A stretch of DNA of 10,263 nt, taken from assembly GCA_039818205.1 (NCBI GenBank), contig JBCBUK010000036.1, forward strand, positions 1 through 10,263, in the 5' to 3' direction. The number at the start of each line of letters is the position of its first letter. Within the stretch, counting starts at the first letter, position 1. Shown here in pieces: positions 6,358 to 10,263 of the stretch. The notes under the pieces were generated by a model. It was not told the origin of the DNA and ran no database searches. It worked only from the letters and a program-made list of their open reading frames with translations. The stretch comes from Verrucomicrobiota bacterium. Lineage in GTDB: Bacteria > Verrucomicrobiota > Verrucomicrobiia > Opitutales > Cerasicoccaceae. The translations under genes and the position numbers were made by a program.

Positions 6358-9300
6358 CTAGGGGCCAGGGTTCCATTGAGTTCCCGGACCGTTCCCTTCG
6401 GTCAACGAAGTTGTCGATGATATTGGATCTACGGAACGCACTATGGCATTTCCCCTCACCTCGATAGAATCCAGGTTGATCACCCCCTGATAATAATCAC
6501 CCACATCTGCAATATTGGTAGGATCTGGAGAAACAGTGATCTCCGAGCTAGCCGAGCTAGCATCAACGATTTGAAAATACGATCCCGAATTGTTAATCGT
6601 ATCCGGTTCGACCCATAGACCTATGATAGCGGTCCAATCGCTGGGGGAGGCAGATGGAGATAGCCCCAGAATAGGACTCAAAAGGGTCCCCAAAATTCCA
6701 CTGCCAACTGAGGCTAATGGAGTATCGGCTCCGGTATTACCATTGTTGTCAACAATCAGAGTACCGACTCCAGCTTGATCTACATCCGTCTCTTCTAAGT
6801 AAATCGTTCCTGCGCCTCCATGCTTTCCGGAACCGCCCTGGCCACCATAGGCCTCGAGACCAATGGTCGCTCCCAAGGTCTCATAATAGACGGCTACGCG
6901 GCCGCCACCACCGCCACCGCCGCCCAAATCAAGCGAATTAACCAACATACCATTACCGCCGTTAGCTCGGATAGAACCACTTCCAGAAATCGTTGCCGCC
7001 TCAATCAAGATACTACCACCAGCACCGCCAGAAGACTTGTTGACCGTAGTAAATAGGCCATTTGCAAGGATTGCACCATCGAGGATTAGGTCGACTACAT
7101 CTAAATAAATTGCTCCTCCGCCGACTCCCTCAATACTCCGGCGAATCGTCGCTCCACTCCCTAGGTCAGTTGGATAGGTGAAATTTCCATATGAATTCGA
7201 GGATGCACCATGGTAGAAAGCACCTAAGCCACCGTGACTACCACCAGCCTTATCGTCCTCAGTGATACTATACTCAAAGTTCCCTTGAGTGAAACCGGCC
7301 AAGTAGCCCTTACCGCTGACATCTATAGAACTTGACGCATCAATGGTCAGTGCCCCCAGCACCTTTAGATTCAATCGATACTCCTGCGTGGACGTCGTTG
7401 CTGAGGTCGTTAACTTAGCACCGTTGATCAACTGCATCGAACCAACGGTTATCGGTCCATCCAGCGTAACGGTAACCTCGTCAATCAGAAGATGATCACC
7501 TGCAACGAATGTAGCTGGATCAATTACGAATGAAGCACTATTCTGGTCATACACGACGGTTTGTGCAGCAACCAGCTCGGTGGAGTCACTGGCAATAACG
7601 ACACTTTCAAACATATCGCGGAAACCGACATAGACGTTCTTCACACCCAGGGTCGCGGAAAGTGTGTAATCAACAGTATCCACAAACGGCTGCCAATCAG
7701 TTTCATTCTTATCAGACAGATCTGCTAACTCACTGATTACAATTTCGGTCGCACCGCCGGCCGACAAACTCAATGTAATCGCAGGGTTGCTGACAAAGCC
7801 ACTGCTTTGAATACTCACCGAAGCCGCAGCTGGCACACCGTCATCATAGCTATATGGCCCGGACACATCCCACTCTGAAAATTTACTTCCATCAAAAGCA
7901 CGCATGCGGAGAAAAAGAGAATCAGTATCTTCGATTCCAGCGGCTTGAGTATCCCAAGAATGAGAAAGAACATCTCCCGTTTGCGTTGAGGGGTCAACCG
8001 TGATCCGGCCACCAACCATGTCCGTCCACAAATGCGACACTTCTACCGGCTCCACCATCCCTGCACTGGCCGCATATCCCAACTCATATTCGATCAAATG
8101 AGCCTGAGTCGAATCATCGCTCGGAACAATCCACTCCAACGTAACGGGATCTGACAGAACAGGAGATTCCACACTAAAGGATTCCTGTCGCGTTACCTGA
8201 CCGCTAAACGGAGTCTCTGCAACGGCTTCCAAAGTAAGGATTTTCCCAGCCTGCCCCTGCAGGTTCAAGAAAGTCGAAAAGTTTATATTTGGATCATTAC
8301 TTTCAGGAGATAAAATCTGTACACTACTGCCTTGTTCACGAAGGATGTATCTAACCGACGACACTGAGAAATCATCCATTGGCAATATGTCGGTGCTCAC
8401 AAAGTCAGACCCTGTGAGTGTTGGAGCTAGGCCTAAACTTTCGTTCCCGACATAAATCGCCTCAATTGACGGTGGGTTCGTAGGCGCTGAGTTACCCTCA
8501 AACTGCAGATTGAATAGCAGCTCGTCAGTATCCCCATCACGGTTGGTCGCGACAATTCTGACGGTGTGATAGCCTGGCGTAACCTGAAAACCGCTCGCTA
8601 AAGTGTATTCGCCATTACCGGTATCAGTCAATGTACCGGCAATATTCCCATCTACCAATAGCTCGACGGTCTCGATATTCACCCCTACTCCAAGATTCAC
8701 TTGCCACTGCGAGCCATCCGCAATTGTCGCGCCATCGACCAAATCAACGCCACCATAAGTGGCAGTGCCAATTTCTGGCGCTGGACTGTCAAACTTCAAA
8801 AAGCCCTCTAATTCAGCTGAATGACTAGGACTTAACTGAATAAAATGTAGCAGCCCCAGCTCTTCATCGGTCAAGGCGCGGTCCCACACAACAACATCAT
8901 TTACCAGACCATTAAATGCACTGCTATTTCCAGTGTGAGCGCCGATTCCAACTGGTTGATCTGCTTGATTGATCGGACCAACAAAAGAATACGATGCACT
9001 GTTATTGAGATCTAATGCCAGAGAAATCTCAGAGCTATTAAGATTACTATCATAACTATACCGTCCGACTAAGTGTTGCCATACGTTCAAGGTGGGCGAA
9101 CGAAATGCTGTAGCCGAACCAGTTCCCGGTGCACCCCAGGCGGTGAACCTGAATCCACTTGATTCGATTCCGAAATAGAATGTCTCATCAGTGTCGGTAG
9201 TTCCATCATACCCAGCAAAAATCACATCCTCGCCAGTAAAATTCTGCGGGTTTGTCCACATACTTACCGTCATCGCATTTGGCGGGTTCAATCCGGCGGG

Positions 9301-10263
9301 GACAACTAACCGATAGTCCCGATCGGCGAACGAAGGCGCCGATGCTGCAATTCCGAACCGATCAGCCGAATCAATCGAGAATCCGCCGGGCGGGTTGCTC
9401 ACATCCCAAGACGAAGACGATTGATCCTCAAAGCCAGTTCGCAAAGGAGCGAAAAAGATGAGACCCTGATCCAATTCGAAGCTCGATTCAAGTGGTCCAG
9501 GTAGGATCGGCACTTCAGATAAACTGAGCATATTCTCATTGATGTAATCCTGCTGTTTCTGTGAATAGCTGCTAATCCAAACGCCATCGCTATGTGATCC
9601 GTGATTGGAAATGAACTCCTCAAGGCTGTACTTGTTACTGTTTATCAATGTCTGAGAAGCTGCATTGAATCCGCCTATCCAGCTGGCATTCAAGTGATAC
9701 AGTCCGTACTTGTTTGCCAAATAGACTTCTGCATCAACCCGATCATTCTCGAGCAGAGCCTTTCCATAAATCATAAACTCTGACACCTCGGCGTTCGCTG
9801 GATTAGCGCTAAACCCGACTCCAAGTACTATTGATCGATGAATAGAGGGTGCCATACGGCTACCAACAAATTGACCATCAACCCAATGCTCGGCCAGACC
9901 TGTTGCTCCATTGTAGCGATAGGTATGAATGACGAAGCGATCGCTCTCGAAACCAACAGGATAATCACTAGACAAGAACTGCCCCTGTGCTCCTGTAGAG
10001 GTATTGAAGGCTGAATAAGTATTCGCATTGTCATTGCGAGCCGCCATTAGGAAATCCTCTGTTCTAGAGTTAACTACGCGATATCCACCAGATAAATCTT
10101 TCTGGCGATATACAACAATTACCGTCAGTGGGTCCTGGGCATTCATGTGATCGTAGGTCCCGTGCAACCGATCATTCGAGTTGTCGAATTCCAAGCCTGG
10201 AAGACCATGCGAGAGCGGTTTGCGGAAATGAGGCCGGTAATTAGAGGTCCCAATCGACATGCC
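6358..10263 (-). CDS. Large extracellular modular protein, 5'-partial: LamG-like x2, Ig/FN3-like x~4, glycine-rich domain
   Basis: Open frame from the window edge (GGC at 10263-10261 precedes the ATG in frame) to TAG at 6358-6360. The first residues (RPHFRKPLSHGLPGLEFDNSNDRL) look like the interior of a LamG-like domain and there is no signal peptide, so the ATG at 10260 is probably internal. Confidence 0.92.
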   Translation of the reverse strand, partial: GMSIGTSNYRPHFRKPLSHGLPGLEFDNSNDRLHGTYDHMNAQDPLTVIVVYRQKDLSGGYRVVNSRTEDFLMAARNDNANTYSAFNTSTGAQGQFLSSDYPVGFESDRFVIHTYRYNGATGLAEHWVDGQFVGSRMAPSIHRSIVLGVGFSANPANAEVSEFMIYGKALLENDRVDAEVYLANKYGLYHLNASWIGGFNAASQTLINSNKYSLEEFISNHGSHSDGVWISSYSQKQQDYINENMLSLSEVPILPGPLESSFELDQGLIFFAPLRTGFEDQSSSSWDVSNPPGGFSIDSADRFGIAASAPSFADRDYRLVVPAGLNPPNAMTVSMWTNPQNFTGEDVIFAGYDGTTDTDETFYFGIESSGFRFTAWGAPGTGSATAFRSPTLNVWQHLVGRYSYDSNLNSSEISLALDLNNSASYSFVGPINQADQPVGIGAHTGNSSAFNGLVNDVVVWDRALTDEELGLLHFIQLSPSHSAELEGFLKFDSPAPEIGTATYGGVDLVDGATIADGSQWQVNLGVGVNIETVELLVDGNIAGTLTDTGNGEYTLASGFQVTPGYHTVRIVATNRDGDTDELLFNLQFEGNSAPTNPPSIEAIYVGNESLGLAPTLTGSDFVSTDILPMDDFSVSSVRYILREQGSSVQILSPESNDPNINFSTFLNLQGQAGKILTLEAVAETPFSGQVTRQESFSVESPVLSDPVTLEWIVPSDDSTQAHLIEYELGYAASAGMVEPVEVSHLWTDMVGGRITVDPSTQTGDVLSHSWDTQAAGIEDTDSLFLRMRAFDGSKFSEWDVSGPYSYDDGVPAAASVSIQSSGFVSNPAITLSLSAGGATEIVISELADLSDKNETDWQPFVDTVDYTLSATLGVKNVYVGFRDMFESVVIASDSTELVAAQTVVYDQNSASFVIDPATFVAGDHLLIDEVTVTLDGPITVGSMQLINGAKLTTSATTSTQEYRLNLKVLGALTIDASSSIDVSGKGYLAGFTQGNFEYSITEDDKAGGSHGGLGAFYHGASSNSYGNFTYPTDLGSGATIRRSIEGVGGGAIYLDVVDLILDGAILANGLFTTVNKSSGGAGGSILIEAATISGSGSIRANGGNGMLVNSLDLGGGGGGGGRVAVYYETLGATIGLEAYGGQGGSGKHGGAGTIYLEETDVDQAGVGTLIVDNNGNTGADTPLASVGSGILGTLLSPILGLSPSASPSDWTAIIGLWVEPDTINNSGSYFQIVDASSASSEITVSPDPTNIADVGDYYQGVINLDSIEVRGNAIVRSVDPISSTTSLTEGNGPGTQWNPGP
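6721..7503 (-). other. Glycine-rich domain (beta strands alternating with Gly-rich segments)
   Basis: aa ~920-1180: IDVSGKGY, GGSHGGLG, YGNFTYPTDLGSG, GGGAIYL, LDGAILANG, GGAGGSILI, GSGSIRANGGNG, G8-RVAVYY (Gly codons 6901-6924), AYGGQGG, GGAGTIY, GTLIVDN. Confidence 0.8.
7573..8784 (-). other. About four Ig-like/FN3-like beta-sandwich modules (aa ~493-896)
   Basis: VELLVDG...PGYHTVRIVATNRDG; VSSVRYIL...LTLEAVA; VTLEW...YELGY...LRMRAFDGSKFSEW (FN3-like); ITLSLSAGGATEIVISE...WQPF...YTLS...GVKNVYVGFRD. Confidence 0.65.
8845..9468 (-). other. LamG-like / concanavalin A-like lectin domain (Laminin_G_3 type)
   Basis: aa 265-472: DRFG, MTVSMWTNP, LNVWQHLVGRY, VGIG, FNGLVNDVVVWDRALTDEELGLL. Confidence 0.85.
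9514..9687 (-). repeat. Two-copy degenerate protein repeat W-I-x2-(F/Y)-x4-Q-x2-I-N-x-N-x2-S-L-x-E, period 34 aa
   Basis: WIGGFNAASQTLINSNKYSLEE (aa 194-215) aligns without gaps to WISSYSQKQQDYINENMLSLSE (aa 228-249). Confidence 0.75.
9700..10263 (-). other. LamG-like domain (partial at window edge)
   Basis: GLPGLEFDNSNDRL, LTVIVVYR, HWVDGQFVG, and the closing motif EVSEFMIYGKALLENDRVDAEVYLANKYGL. Confidence 0.8.

Noticed and set aside
6311..6360. The two ORFs being one split gene (frameshift or readthrough)
   Set aside because: The downstream ORF has its own signal peptide and an in-frame TAG immediately before its ATG, and the spacer looks non-coding.
6543..6561. Tandem 9-mer ccgagctag x2
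   Set aside because: It is a trivial in-frame duplication encoding ASSASS and is too short to be meaningful.
6901..6924. GCC/ACC triplet run as a slippage (phase-variable) microsatellite
   Set aside because: The codons are mixed GGC/GGT and in frame, so this is a selected Gly tract rather than a pure repeat.
6590..9783. Short + strand ORFs within the second gene, including the Arg/His-rich 6717..6941 and Ala/Thr-rich 6820..7056
   Set aside because: Their compositional bias simply mirrors the GGN Gly codons on the opposite strand.
1102..10034. Out-of-frame minus-strand ORFs of 66-81 aa nested in both genes
   Set aside because: They overlap the long ORFs entirely, have lengths expected by chance, and show no sign of frameshift relics.
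10258..10260. ATG as the true start of the 1300-aa ORF
   Set aside because: The frame stays open to the edge, the sequence begins mid-LamG domain, and there is no signal peptide.
1..10263. CRISPR array, tRNA/rRNA, transposase, integrase, reverse transcriptase or DGR repeats
   Set aside because: No spaced direct repeats, RNA gene signatures, catalytic motifs or long near-identical DNA repeats were seen by eye, and nearly all bases are explained by the two ORFs.

Overview
The window is almost entirely coding on the minus strand. It holds two giant, co-oriented, acidic, Cys-poor modular proteins separated by a 47-bp AT-rich spacer. The upstream gene (6358..>10263) is open to the window edge, so it is N-terminally incomplete. 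It has two LamG/ConA-like domains, about four Ig/FN3-like modules and a C-terminal glycine-rich domain. The downstream gene (32..6310) has a signal peptide, an unusual N-terminal domain with three NYQxxxxGQxK repeats, about 19 tandem bacterial Ig-like modules of three subtypes (one interrupted by a ~90-aa alpha/beta insert) and the start of a carboxypeptidase-regulatory-like domain. The most striking signal is at the left edge. A perfect 12-bp inverted repeat (1-12 / 73-84) flanks a 60-bp segment that is in the wrong orientation. As assembled, the gene stops at 32-34, but flipping 13-72 restores an open frame that continues the domain convincingly (IKVG-ILGSDIVQFTNSFGAFILDEVP). This is either a fold-back/chimera artefact at a contig end (my preferred reading) or a real intragenic invertible switch. 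The locus looks like a giant secreted or surface protein operon, possibly from a PVC-superphylum (Verrucomicrobiota-like) bacterium (inference). I saw no RNA genes, CRISPR array or mobile element. All domain calls are by eye; no searches were run.
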